Assembly (NCBI GenBank): GCA_963717465.1
Contig: OY970340.1
Span: forward strand, 800,001-864,000
DNA: 64,000 nucleotides
DNA from: Candidatus Bathyarchaeota archaeon
GTDB lineage: Archaea > Thermoproteota > Bathyarchaeia > Bathyarchaeales > Bathycorpusculaceae
Reading direction: 5' to 3'
Translations under genes and position numbers: made by a program
The notes under the pieces: model-generated
What the model saw: only the letters and a program-made list of their open reading frames with translations
Told to the model about the DNA's origin: nothing
The model's database searches: none
Shown: one piece after another, positions 1 through 11,324 of the stretch
Layout: every line of letters begins with the position of its first letter
Position numbering within the stretch: the stretch's first letter is position 1

Positions 1-2025
1 GATCTAGTACGTGGGGCAGTTGAGCGCGCTAGGTTCCTTGAGCCATTGAACGTCAAGAGTATTCCCGTAAACAAGGAAGTGCTGGTTATTGGAGGCGGAA
101 TCGCAGGCATTAACACATCAATCGAATTGGCAGATAAAGGTTTCAAAGTACACTTGATCGAGAAGGGTCCAAGCATAGGTGGGCATATGGCTCAACTTAG
201 TAAGACATTTCCAACTCTGGATTGTTCTCAGTGTATTCTTACGCCTAGGATGGTTTATGCGGCACAGCATCCAAACATCGAGATAACAAGCATGGCTGAG
301 CTTGCAAGTGTTGAAGGTTCACCTGGCAACTATAAAGTTACGATTAAGAAGCATCCTCGATTTGTCACTGCCAACTGTACAGCATGCGGAGAATGTGAAA
401 CAAAGTGTCCTGTCAAAGTGCCCAAGTGAATTTGATGCTGGCTTATACCCGAGGAAGGCTATTTACACGTCGTTTAAGCAGGCAGTTCCGAAAACATACG
501 CTATTGACAAAGAACATTGCCTTTACTTCACTAAGGGAGTTTGTAAGGTTTGTGAAAAGTTTTGCAAGGGAAAGGCAATTGATTTTGACCAAAAAGAAGA
601 AGAGATAAAGTTAGATGTTGGCGCAATTGTTGCTTGCGTAGGCTTTGAGCTAGTTAATCCGCAAGCGCAAAGAGAGTACAGTTATGGTATGTCACCCTGA
701 CATCGTGACTATCTCTTCAGATGGAACGGTTAATAGGTCATGAAATGAGACGACCCTCTGATAACAACGTGGCTAAAAAAATCGCTTTCATACTATGTGC
801 TGGAAGTCGAATGAGCAAGGATAACGGTAACAATCTTGATGGCGGGGTTGAGCATTGTTGCAAGATTGGTTGTATGGCTTCAATTAAACAGGCAATGCTG
901 GTTCAAAAAGTAGTTCCAGATGCTGAACCCTGGATATTCTACACAGACATCAGGGCCGATGGAAAAGGCTACGAAGAATTCTACGCAAAAGCTCAAGATC
1001 ACAATGTACGCTTTGTCAGGGGTAGAGTTGCCTGCGTTACACCATTAAAGGATAAGTTGCAGGTTAGGGCTGAGAACACGCTTCTCGGCATGCAAGTAGA
1101 ACAGGATTTTGACCTTGTATCACTTTGCCTTGGAGTAGTTCCAGGTTCAGACACTAAAGATTTAGCCAAGACCCTTGGTATTCAGGTTGGGTCTGATGGC
1201 TTTCTATTGGAGAAGCACTTTAAACTGAGACCAGTTGACAGTCAACGAGAAGGAATATTCATCGCAGGATGCGATGTAAGCCCAAAGGATATACGTGAAA
1301 CAACTTTAGAATCGATGGCTGTTGCATCAAAAGTTGCAACGTTCCTCGGGAAAGGTGAGGTTGCGCTTTCGCCAGAGATTGCGCAGATTAATTTGGAAAA
1401 ATGTGATTCTTGCGGTATTTGCATAAATGTTTGTCCAGTTAAAGCCGTTGAAAAGACTTCCGCTGGGTTGCAGATTAATGCTATTTCCTGCATCGGTTGC
1501 GGAATTTGTGTTCCTAAGTGTCCAAAAGATGCGATTGAACTTAAAAATTGCACTGATGCACAATTGATCGGCCAGATTGAGGGTGTTGCATCTGGTGACA
1601 GGCATCCGAAGATCATTGCGTTCTTAGAGAAAGAGATCGCTTACGGTGCTGCTGATTTGGCGGGGCAATCAAGGGCTTCGTATACTCCGAACGTTGAAAT
1701 TATTCGAGTTCCCACTGTTGGTCGTGTTGGTGTGAAACATTTATTGCATGCTTTTGCTGCAGGTGCCGATGGTATTATTTTCGTTGAGGATCACGGTGGA
1801 GTCATGACTGAAGATGCTCTGAGACAGTTTGTCCGGGACTTGCAGAAGGAACTTGGCGCTTACGGTATTGAACCTATGCGTTTGGCTTCGTTTATGACGA
1901 CTTTGCCCGAATATAACAAGATTATTAACATTGCTGATACTTTAAATGCAAGGCTTCTAAAGATGAATCCAATATCTGAGGAAACGCGTTCAAAAATCAA
2001 AAAGAAACTTGAGGAGACTGGTTAA
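1..2025 (+). CDS. hdrA: Heterodisulfide reductase subunit A with fused C-terminal MvhD-like domain (5' truncated by window edge; frameshifts near 424 and ~696-715)
   Basis: Frame 1 open from base 1 (DLVRGAVERARFLEPL). GGGIAG FAD motif, FPTLDCSQCIL, CTACGEC..CP, CAGSR, CCKIGC, two ferredoxin motifs and YGAADLAG..RVP..GRV. ORFs 46-429, 302-700 and 721-2025 are consecutive pieces of one HdrA. Confidence 0.93.
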
Positions 2026-2027
2026 TT

Positions 2028-2627
2028 ATGGAAAGCAAGACGACTTGTTTGATTTCAGCTGAGAACACTGACCCATCCTTCCTCCAAGAGGTCTTGAAGC
2101 TTCCAGGAGGCAAGAAGATGCTTGACTGCATTAGATGCGGCATGTGCGGAGCCTCCTGTGACGTACGGTTCGCCACGGATTACAGTCCAATGCAGATTTT
2201 TGCTATGACTTCTTTAGGAATGAAGGAACAAGTATTGTCAAGTTTAGCGATATGGACTTGCGCATCATGCTACACTTGCGCCAGTAGATGCCCCAGAGGC
2301 ATAGAAATTCCGCTAGTGATGTCAGGGCTAAAAAATATTGCTATTAAGAGTAATGTAGCCTTGGGTGACAATCCGAAACTCAAGTTTCACAATAGTTTTA
2401 CCAAGTCAGTGAACAAGTACGGGCGATCATTTGAACTAGACATCATGATGAGTTTAATGTCCTTTAACGTACGTGACCCGAAAATTCGCAAAGAACTGTT
2501 CGAGAAAGCCGGCTTAGGAGTTAGAATGGTGCGCAAAGGCAAGATTAAGATGGTGCCGTCGAGAATCAAGCAGGTGGATCAGGTAAAGAAGATATATGAA
2601 AAAGCTTCAGGAGAGAAAAAGGCATGA
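2028..2627 (+). CDS. hdrC: Heterodisulfide reductase subunit C
   Basis: CIRCGMCGASC and CASCYTCASRCP 4Fe-4S motifs; lies between hdrA and hdrB. Confidence 0.92.
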   Translation: MESKTTCLISAENTDPSFLQEVLKLPGGKKMLDCIRCGMCGASCDVRFATDYSPMQIFAMTSLGMKEQVLSSLAIWTCASCYTCASRCPRGIEIPLVMSGLKNIAIKSNVALGDNPKLKFHNSFTKSVNKYGRSFELDIMMSLMSFNVRDPKIRKELFEKAGLGVRMVRKGKIKMVPSRIKQVDQVKKIYEKASGEKKA

Positions 2628-3502
2628 AGTACGCTTACTTCCCTGGGTGTTCACAGGAATCCACAAGTAAAGAGTACGAGATATCTAATTCTGCAGTAAG
2701 CAAAGTGTTAGGCGTCGAGTTGGAAGAGATTCCTGGATGGAACTGTTGCGGTTCAATCGATGGCATTTACGCTACTAACCCACTTTTATCATTATCTTTG
2801 TCAGCTCGCAACCTTGCACTCGCTGAAAAGATGAACATGGACGTCGTTACTCTCTGCAGCGGATGTTTTCTTACTCTCGCCCGAGCAAATCGGTTGCTAA
2901 GTGAGAATTCTGATTTAAAGGATCAAGTTAACGCTGTTCTTGCCGAAATCGGCTTGAAAGTTGATAAGCCTGTTAAGATCAGGCATGCTATCGACGTTTA
3001 CGTTAACGATGTTGGCTTAAAGAAAATCACAGAAACAGTAAAGTTTCCGTTGAAGGGCTTGAAAGTTGCTCCTTATTACGGTTGTATGCTTGTAAGGTCT
3101 AGGGATTCTGCTCGTGTTGACGACTATGAGCATCCAGTATTAATGGATAAGCTTGTTGAGGCTTTAGGTGGGACAAATGTAAATTATACCGCTAAAACAC
3201 GATGCTGCGGGGCTTCACTTATGGTAACCAAAGAAAAGATTGCAATGGAGATGTCCATGGTTCCGTTGACTGAGGCAAAGAATGCTGGCGCTGATTGCAT
3301 TGTTACCTTCTGTCCTTTCTGCCAGTTCAATCTTGATGCTAGACAAAAAGACATCATGGAAAAGTTTGAGACTGACCTGAATATTCCAGTGTTGCATATT
3401 ACACAGTTAATGGGACTTGCGTTCGGTATTAAGCCGCGAAAGTTAGGTCTACAAAAGAATTGTGTGTATCCAACAAAGTTAGTTGCAACACTGAAAGTTT
3501 AA
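2624..3502 (+). CDS. hdrB: Heterodisulfide reductase subunit B
   Basis: YAYFPGC, WNCCG, CSGC, YYGC, CCG, CPFC (two CCG domains); ATGA overlap with hdrC. Confidence 0.95.
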   Translation: MKYAYFPGCSQESTSKEYEISNSAVSKVLGVELEEIPGWNCCGSIDGIYATNPLLSLSLSARNLALAEKMNMDVVTLCSGCFLTLARANRLLSENSDLKDQVNAVLAEIGLKVDKPVKIRHAIDVYVNDVGLKKITETVKFPLKGLKVAPYYGCMLVRSRDSARVDDYEHPVLMDKLVEALGGTNVNYTAKTRCCGASLMVTKEKIAMEMSMVPLTEAKNAGADCIVTFCPFCQFNLDARQKDIMEKFETDLNIPVLHITQLMGLAFGIKPRKLGLQKNCVYPTKLVATLKV

Positions 3503-3703
3503 TCTAGCATCTTTTTTCTTTTCGTTTCGTTGCTCATGACTTTCCCTTTTCTAGTAGTTAAAGCCAGTTTTTAGAAAATTTGGGAAAAATAGCAATGTGT
3601 AAGGTTGCTTAGACTTTTTCATTTTAATGAAATTGATATTTTTGCAAAAAAGTAGGTTAATATAAACTGAAGAGTTAAGTGAATGATCTCGTTGTGTGAG
3701 TTT

Positions 3704-5702
3704 TTACTTTGCCATTATTGGTTTGCCTATGGCGGTTACGACAACTTCGGTTCCGCTTGAGACTGTTGTTTGTCTGGTATCTCCCATCATGTCTGCTGAG
3801 ATTCCTTTTCCAAGCTCGTAGAATAGGACCATGGCTTTTTCTCCGAGTGGTCTTATTACAGTTTTTATCTTGGGGTCTTGTATTCCTGCTTTTGCAGCTC
3901 TTTCTAATGCTAACTTTTCAGCCTCTGTTTTAGCAATATACAGCGCTCTATCTCCGGCTATGTAGATTGGTTCTTCGAGGCCAAAGATGGCGGCTATTCC
4001 TTCTTCTTTGGGTACTATCTGCACTATTACGGTTTCCATTACGACTCCGCTAATGGCTCCAACAGCGTTTCCTACTTCGTAATGTGGTGGAAGGACAAGT
4101 TTAGTGTTTAATCGTTCGCAAACTGGAGGCATGAGTAACGCAACAGGACCTCCAATAGCTACTATGGGATACTTAGTTGCGGCTTTGAAAGTGAAATATC
4201 CTTCTTTGCCTGTTGCAGCTTTATCGAGTAAGTATTGGCAGCTATCGCAGAGAGATTGCGAATCCATTTCATCGAAAAGCAGTTTTTTAGTTACTTCTTT
4301 GGTAACGTTGTGGTAGACAAAGTTTAATGCTCTATCGATAAGTTGTTCCTGAGTTATTTTCATGTTTGCAGGCTAAGGTGGTAACTCCCTTCTTGGCAGT
4401 TTCAACATCCCATTCAACATAAGTGCCTTGGCAGTGGAATAAGTCTGTGGGTGTTAATCCGACTCCTTCGATTATGTATTGTGCTTTAAAGTTTTTGACG
4501 TCAGTTAGAATAAGTGGTCCAGGTTTTACGAGGTCTCGAATTAACTCGTCGATAGTTACTGGCTGTAATTGTGTGATTGAGTCAAAGACTTCCTGTTCGG
4601 TTTTGTCAAGTTTTGCGTTTCTAGCGCTGTGTGCAATGAGGAAGTCTGTGCTTTTGTTCACTTCCATTTTCTTGATCAGGTTTGGATGTTTTTTAGCCGC
4701 CAGACTTAGCGGGATTACTCTTTCTGGTCCGACGCATAGGCAGCCGTTGTTTATCCAGATTCGGCTGTCTCCTGCTAGGCCGATGGTTCTCATGGATAAG
4801 GCTTTTACTCGGGTTATCCAGTTGCCTACCGAGGCTCCTTCTGGGTCTATTTGGCAGTTGCCGTCGTTTACTCTTCCTATGTCGGTGGATGTTCCTCCGA
4901 TGTCCACGACGATGTAATCTTTCAGTTTTGATAGAACTCCTGCTCCGACGGCGCTTGCTGCTGGTCCGGAGAGCATTGTTTCCACTGGTCTTTCTCGTGC
5001 TACTAGTTCGCTTGTTAATGAACCGTCGCTTTTTACGACCATTAACGGTGCGTTAATGCCTCTTTCTTGAAGGCTTGCCTTTATTCTGTCCAAAAATTCT
5101 TTGATTATTGGGAGTAATCGTGCGTTGAGGTAGGCTGTTGTGGTTCTTTCGAACATGCCTATTTTAGGAGACATTTCGTGACCGCAGACGACGGGTAGGC
5201 CTGTCATTTCTTTTATTATTTTTCTTGTTATTATTTCGTGTTCTGGGTTTCTGCAGCCGAAGTATGCTGAGACTGCGAACGCTTTCACTTTGCTTGCCAT
5301 GCTTTCTACGACTTTTCTGACTCCTTCTTCGTCTAATTCGTCTATTTCATCACCCAGGAGGTCGTGGCCACCCTGCACGAAGGCTTTTTCGATTTTTAAT
5401 TCTTCCATTGCTTCTGGCGTGTAACCAATTAGTATTGTGCCTACGTCCCAGCCTTTGTTTTGGAGTATTGAGTTTGTGGCTAGGGTTGTTGAAACGGAGA
5501 CAAGTTTTATGTCTTCGCCTTTTATTTTGCCTTGCTCAAACACTTTATCGATCGAATCGATTATGCCTATTGATAGGTCATAAGGTGTTGTGTGAGCTTT
5601 TGCAGTCGTGAAAAGTTCGCTGGTATCCATGTCCAAAATTGCGCAGTCGGTGTAAGATCCGCCTGTATCTATGCCCATTCCAAGGATTTTTGGCATCTCC
5701 AA
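3704..5702 (-). CDS. Hydantoinase/oxoprolinase family protein (one gene split by a 1-nt indel near 4370)
   Basis: GIDTGGSYTD, STTLATN, ERTTTAYLNA, SGPAAS, DIGGTSTD in 4332-5702; VAIGGP...GNAVGA C-terminal part in overlapping ORF 3704-4363. Confidence 0.85.
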
Positions 5703-6110
5703 ACCCTCTTTTTTTACAAAATAATCGTTATGGACGTTGTTAAACTTTGTGTCCTTATATGTAAAACAATTGATGTATAATTTGGAGGAAAACCAGACAC
5801 ATTTTTTAACTTTGCATACTGCTTTGGGGGTGCATCAAGCTATTTCTTGGCTTTTAGAGTAGTAAAAAAGAGGTTTTTTAGGTGTTGCGAGAGTTGCTTT
5901 GGCTTATTTGAAAATTATCGGTGGCGACTGAAACCTAATCTGCCACCCTTACTTAGCGAATAACGCCCGCTGCAAGGGCAAGGGGACAATCTAAAGAGGG
6001 GTGCACAGAAAAAAGCTGGGGTACTTGAATGTCCTAAACCTAAAGACGGGCTGAAAATTCTTATTAAAGACTACACCACCAATAATTTAATACAAACTGG
6101 ACCTGATTCT

Positions 6111-7760
6111 ATGAAAGAAATCGGAATTGCAATCGACTTAGGAACAAGCGGCTTCAGAGCACAAGCCATCAACATAAAAGACGACACAATTATCTCAACG
6201 GCCATAACATTAAGACATCCACTTCCGGGCGCAAACGTAATAGATCATCTCCAATTCGCCAACGAAGCAGGAGGCGGATTGGCGCATGGAATAATAATCG
6301 AAACAGTCAACAAAATGCTAAAGCACCTATCAGTGGATTTAACACAGGTTGAAAGAATGGCAGTTTCAGGCAATCCAGCACAACTATCACTATTTCAAAA
6401 CACAGAGATCAGAGACCTCGTCATAGCAGGCAAAAGATCCCAACAGTCACTGGGCATCGATAATGTGGATAGAAGCGCCAGAATCATCAAAGCCGCCCAA
6501 GTAGGGCTAAACCTGAACCCGGAAACGGACGTATACATACCTCCCGCGATCCAACATGAAGTAGGCGCCGATACCCTTGCAGTAATTCTGAAAGCCGGTT
6601 TGCTCGAAAAGAAGGGAAATTTAATGGTAACTGACTATGGCACAAACGCAGAGATCGCCCTAAAAGTGGGGGACGAAATCTATACCGGCTCAGCCGCCGC
6701 AGGACCCGCTATTGAGGGACAGGAGATCGAATGCGGAATGTTGGCTGCGCCTGGCGCCATCTCTGACATACAGCCATCAGGGTCTGGATGGGAACTCCAA
6801 GTACTTGACAGTGAACTTAAATCACGCCCTGGAAATCAAATCGACCCGAAAACCGGTACAATCCTCAAAAAAGGGAATATCGTCGCACGCGGCATCACTG
6901 GAACTGGGGTTGTTGCAGCAATCGCGACTGGAATGGATTCATCTCTTATCGATTTACCAAAGATAGTAACGCCCGATCAAAGAATTCATCTGCAGGACGG
7001 CTTCTTCATAACTCAAAAAGACCTTAACGAAGCTGGAAAAGCTTTCGGCGCTTTTACAGCGGGGCACATTGCAATGGCTGAAACAGCCGGAATCAGCGTC
7101 GCAGATATCGAAGAAATCTACATGGCAGGCGCCTCTGGAACCTACGTTGACCCGGTCAAAGCACAGAGAGTAGGATTAATCCCACCAGCAGTCAAGAAGG
7201 CTATCCAAATAGGAAACACTTCTCTTGCATTGGCTTGTGACATAGTAAAAAACCCGGCAATGCTCGACGATCTTCAAAAAACAGCTGAGCAACTTAAACG
7301 AAGCCACGTCATGTTTGCCACATCGAAACACTTTGAAAATGCGTATGTAGTTGCGCTAGGCCTATGGGGTTACATGAGCCACAATGCAATGCCCCTGGAA
7401 ATGGCCAACAAAGTTCTCGCAAAATTCAACATCAAACCCATACCGCCAATACGTGGAGGACTTGAAACAGTCAGGATTGCCATGCGTGATATACCAGTAT
7501 TGGGCAAGAAGGGACTAGCAATCGTGACAGACGTTGGAATGGAATTAACTGGCCTATTTGAAGACTGCGTAGGCTGCCAAACCTGTGAAAAAGAATGCCC
7601 AGAAAAAGTCTTAAAAGTGGTAGAAGAAGACAATTCCTACCGCATAATTATTCGCTCATCAGGCTGCCTTGGACTTGCATGCAGAAAATGCGAAACAGTA
7701 TGCCCTGAAAACGCTTTAAAAATAAACAAGCTTTCGCTACGTAGCTACAAAGAACAATAG
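6111..7760 (+). CDS. ramA: Corrinoid protein reductive activase (RamA family, ASKHA ATPase with C-terminal 2x[4Fe-4S])
   Basis: IAIDLGTSGFRAQ, HPLPGANVIDHL, DYGTNAE, GSAAAGPAIEGQ, GITGTG, C-terminal CVGCQTCEKECP and CLGLACRKCETVCP. Confidence 0.9.
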   Translation: MKEIGIAIDLGTSGFRAQAINIKDDTIISTAITLRHPLPGANVIDHLQFANEAGGGLAHGIIIETVNKMLKHLSVDLTQVERMAVSGNPAQLSLFQNTEIRDLVIAGKRSQQSLGIDNVDRSARIIKAAQVGLNLNPETDVYIPPAIQHEVGADTLAVILKAGLLEKKGNLMVTDYGTNAEIALKVGDEIYTGSAAAGPAIEGQEIECGMLAAPGAISDIQPSGSGWELQVLDSELKSRPGNQIDPKTGTILKKGNIVARGITGTGVVAAIATGMDSSLIDLPKIVTPDQRIHLQDGFFITQKDLNEAGKAFGAFTAGHIAMAETAGISVADIEEIYMAGASGTYVDPVKAQRVGLIPPAVKKAIQIGNTSLALACDIVKNPAMLDDLQKTAEQLKRSHVMFATSKHFENAYVVALGLWGYMSHNAMPLEMANKVLAKFNIKPIPPIRGGLETVRIAMRDIPVLGKKGLAIVTDVGMELTGLFEDCVGCQTCEKECPEKVLKVVEEDNSYRIIIRSSGCLGLACRKCETVCPENALKINKLSLRSYKEQ

Positions 7761-8224
7761 CCACAAACTTACACGTTGCTCAATGGTGAACCGAATCATT
7801 GAAACACGCGTGCGTTTCGGTATTGTCGTTAGATGGCAAAGTGGTTTTTGGTGTTGATTATTTATAGATATTTCTTCTGTTAGATGTCGAATTGAAAGAA
7901 AGTTGCAATTTTAGGGTTAACTTGGTTATGAAAAGGCTTGATTTGGAGAGGTTTTTCAAAATTTGGTTGAATTGGAGTTTTAAGTCTTCGCAAATTTGAA
8001 ATGGTGCCCAACAAAAAGCAATCATCATCAGATACGTTCAAAAACTCACTGAAATCGGCAACAAGGCGTTACGTGCATTTAGGACGATTAAGAAAATGTT
8101 GGGCAAGTTAATAGTAAAGTTGTGAGCAGTTAAACGGTATAACAAGTGGTTGCTAACTGGAACTCATGTGTACCAGAGTAGATTGAAGGGAGACATTAAT
8201 TTTGCTAAGTTGTTGTTTTTGCAG

Positions 8225-8551
8225 TTAAGGCAGATCCTTCACGGTTTTATTCAGTTCTGATTGCGCTTTCCTATAACGTGCAATCATCTCTTTTCCAAAA
8301 TCGCTGACTTGTGATGATCCGCCTTTAGCTCCGCCGTGAACTCTGTGGACTAATAGTTCCCCCAGTCTTTTCTCGGCTAAGGTGATCCTGTGCAAGGCAT
8401 AACGGTAAGACATGTCTAGAAACTCTGCAGCCTCAAAAATCGAGTTATGCCTGTCGATTTCTTCTAAAAGTTCTGCCAAACCATCTCCGAAAACTGCTTC
8501 GTGTTTCTCGTTAATTATCCAAAGTTTTATTTCATAAGATAAATTTTGCAT
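8225..8551 (-). CDS. ModE N-terminal-like winged-helix regulator
   Basis: VFGDGLAELLEEIDRHNSIFEAAEFLDMSYRYA...GGAKGGSS pattern of the ModE HTH domain; no molybdate-binding domain. Confidence 0.82.
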   Translation of the reverse strand: MQNLSYEIKLWIINEKHEAVFGDGLAELLEEIDRHNSIFEAAEFLDMSYRYALHRITLAEKRLGELLVHRVHGGAKGGSSQVSDFGKEMIARYRKAQSELNKTVKDLP

Positions 8552-8923
8552 GCAACACTTCTTCCTAAGCTGAGATATTTGAAAGCAATCAAGTTTAAGT
8601 TTTTCGGCTTGAATGCGCTTTGCTATGAGGCGCGGTGTAAAAAAGGTGCTTTATTAGTGACTTTTGCTTTTAGAATTAATGCGAGGGTTCAACAGTTGGT
8701 TTTGCAACGGTTTCATCTAATAGGAGATAAGAGATGAGGAACTTTTTTCGTTACTGGCCAACTGTTGCCCTATTTTCAGGTGTTTGCGGTTTCTATTCTT
8801 CTTTTCGAAGTTACAATCTTGTAATATCGGTGCTTTAGTATAAAAACTTTTTGACGTTGGCGTTGACTTGCGGTTCTCTGGCTTAAAATTAATATTGATG
8901 CGAGCACTTAAAGTTCAGTTTCA

Positions 8924-9742
8924 ATGAAGAGGCCTTTAATTATTTTGGCTGCAATTGTCGTCATTGTTTTAGCTGTGTCACTGTTGATTTTTATGGAAAT
9001 AAATGCTTCCGAAAACGCAGCAGTTACGTATTATGGTTATACAATAGTGAACACGTTTCCTCATAACACCAGCGTCTTTACAGAGGGGCTAGTGTATTCA
9101 AATGGTTTATTATATGAAAGTAATGGAAGCGGAATTAGCCCTAACGGGTTTTCAACTTTGCTTTGTGAAAACTTAACTACAAGCGTGGTTTTGCAGGAGT
9201 ATACTCTGCCAAGTCAGTACTTTGGTGAAGGCATCGCCATCGTTAACAATACCCTTATCCAGTTGACTTGGCAGTCGCATATCGGCTTCATATACGATAA
9301 GACCACGTTTGCTCTGCTGGGCAATTTCAGTTATCCCACGCAAGGTTGGGGTTTGACCTTTGATGGTAAAAACTTAATCATGAGCGATGGCACAAGCAAC
9401 CTCTACTTTCTTAATCCATCAACCTTTCAGCGGACAGGTGAAGTTCAAGTATATAACGGGGCAACTCCGGTTGAAAACATCAATTCGCTGGATTATATTG
9501 ACGGTTACATCTATGCGAACATTTGGCTGACAAATACGATTGCCATAATCAATCCGCAGACTGGACAAGTCAAAGGTTTAATTGATCTTACAGGGTTGCC
9601 GGCTTCATCTGCAAGTAGTATAAACCCTAATTATGTACTTAATGGCATCGCATGTGACCAGCAAAACAGTCGACTCTTCGTAACAGGAAAGGATTGGGCG
9701 AGCCTCTATCAAATAGAGTTAATTCCAAAATCTAAGAATTAA
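8924..9742 (+). CDS. Glutaminyl-peptide cyclotransferase (plant/bacterial type), membrane anchored
   Basis: FTEGL, YESNG, FGEGI, QLTWQ, GWGLT, SDGTS, VLNGIA, TGKDW motifs; N-terminal TM helix. Confidence 0.88.
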   Translation: MKRPLIILAAIVVIVLAVSLLIFMEINASENAAVTYYGYTIVNTFPHNTSVFTEGLVYSNGLLYESNGSGISPNGFSTLLCENLTTSVVLQEYTLPSQYFGEGIAIVNNTLIQLTWQSHIGFIYDKTTFALLGNFSYPTQGWGLTFDGKNLIMSDGTSNLYFLNPSTFQRTGEVQVYNGATPVENINSLDYIDGYIYANIWLTNTIAIINPQTGQVKGLIDLTGLPASSASSINPNYVLNGIACDQQNSRLFVTGKDWASLYQIELIPKSKN

Positions 9743-10162
9743 AAGGCCACAAATCGAATAATTAAGCCAAACTGTCAGGCAAGCGCAGCTTGCTGATTTT
9801 TGTTCATTTTTGCTAAGAAACCCTCGCTATTCTTTTGATTTTGTTTATCCTATAGTTTTGTTTTGATTTTTTTTCTATTTTTGTTTTTGTACACTTGTTG
9901 ATTAGGGTTCTTTTCGAGTAAAACATTACCTTTATTACCAATATTACCTGTATGTAATAACGAAAATTCGATGTTACATACTTGTAATGTCGACGGTGGC
10001 GAAAAAATGCTTTGGACCAAAACAATTGCAATAGGTTTGATAGAGTTACACTTCCATAACTCATTTCCTTCTGCATTTCTTCCTACAGTTATCGGTTACT
10101 TGTTAAACAAAAGGGGTTCTTCTTGTTTTGGAAGCAAACAGTTGAATTTTGGATGAGAACAG

Positions 10163-10714
10163 GTGCACAATTTGGGTAAGTTGCAAAAGAAATACAAATG
10201 GATGTATCTGCGTTTAATCCGTAAGCGGAGAAGAGGAACAGCAATAGTTGATACTTCTAAAGGAGTATTAGTTGTCAGTCATGATGGCAAAACATTTCAT
10301 TTACCTGGTGGCGCCGCAAAAGATAATGAAAGCCGAGAAGATGCTGCTATAAGAGAATTAGAAGAAGAGACGGGGTTAAAACCCACTGAATGGTCGTATC
10401 TTTTTGCGTGCAAGGGTCGAATCCATCGCGATATTAAAGGCGTTTTCTTCAGAGATGCCCACAAAGTATACCTAATAAAGGCTTCAGGTGTTCCCCAACC
10501 AAGAAGTGAAATCAAGCATATAGCTTACACGAACAGTAACGTGAAATTAACTCCCACTACAAAACGAATAATTGCAAAATTCTTCAAAGGCGAAACGAAG
10601 TCTGAAAACTCAAATCATATAATTGATCCTGAGTATCCCATAACTCAATTTGTTGAAAGTGGCGAATCCAATTATCTTACGCACTTTTCATCAAGTCCCT
10701 GGAAAACAAGTTGA
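10163..10714 (+). CDS. NUDIX hydrolase (start may be ~10199-10202)
   Basis: Nudix box PGGAAKDNESREDAAIRELEEETG. Confidence 0.88.
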   Translation: MHNLGKLQKKYKWMYLRLIRKRRRGTAIVDTSKGVLVVSHDGKTFHLPGGAAKDNESREDAAIRELEEETGLKPTEWSYLFACKGRIHRDIKGVFFRDAHKVYLIKASGVPQPRSEIKHIAYTNSNVKLTPTTKRIIAKFFKGETKSENSNHIIDPEYPITQFVESGESNYLTHFSSSPWKTS

Positions 10715-10721
10715 GATGTAG

Positions 10722-11123
10722 ATGAAAAGACGTACACTTTTTACTCCCAGGCAGCTTGAGGTTTTGCGATTGAGAAATCGTGGGTTTACACAGGAAAATG
10801 TGGCTAGAATGTTTGGCACCAGCAGGGAAAATGTAACTATCATCGAAAGAAATGCTTACAAAGCCATTAAAGTGGCTAAATCAACAATTGAAGCTTTCGA
10901 TTCGCTTAATGCGGACGGCATTTTTGTTATACCAGCGCGAACTTCAATTTACGATATTCCCCGAGTAATATTCTTGCGCGGCGATGTTCTTGGAGTGAAA
11001 ATAGCAAATGATGCTCACGGCATATTTACCATGGTTAAGTCAAAAGGAAAAATAAGAAACCATCATTTGGTATCTCCAATTGCAGTGGACATCAAGCCGG
11101 ATGGAAGACTAATAATTCGGTAG
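10722..11123 (+). CDS. tfx: Tfx family DNA-binding protein
   Basis: FTPRQLEVLRLRNRGFTQENVARMFGTSRENVTIIERNA HTH plus Tfx-like C-terminus; upstream of fmdE as in methanogens. Confidence 0.85.
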   Translation: MKRRTLFTPRQLEVLRLRNRGFTQENVARMFGTSRENVTIIERNAYKAIKVAKSTIEAFDSLNADGIFVIPARTSIYDIPRVIFLRGDVLGVKIANDAHGIFTMVKSKGKIRNHHLVSPIAVDIKPDGRLIIR

Positions 11124-11324
11124 CCTGCAATGCTGCCAATTGCTAACAAGAATTCTCCAACGCCGTGATTGCACTTGAAACCAAATTATTTCTGTCGACG
11201 GAAAGTAAACAGAATGATTTACGAAAACTAATAAATGATGAGGAAACCGAGAATAACCAGAGAAACAAAAAATAAACTCTCAAAATACTTCACGCCAAAA
11301 GTTATACTTTAACTGGTAATAACT

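Noticed and set aside
427..700. TGA codons at 427-429 and 698-700 in hdrA as selenocysteine sites
   Set aside because: HdrA homology continues in a different frame (PSEFDAGL; PDIVT), not through the TGA. Neither aligns to a Cys, and the FPTLDCSQC motif uses TGT codons.
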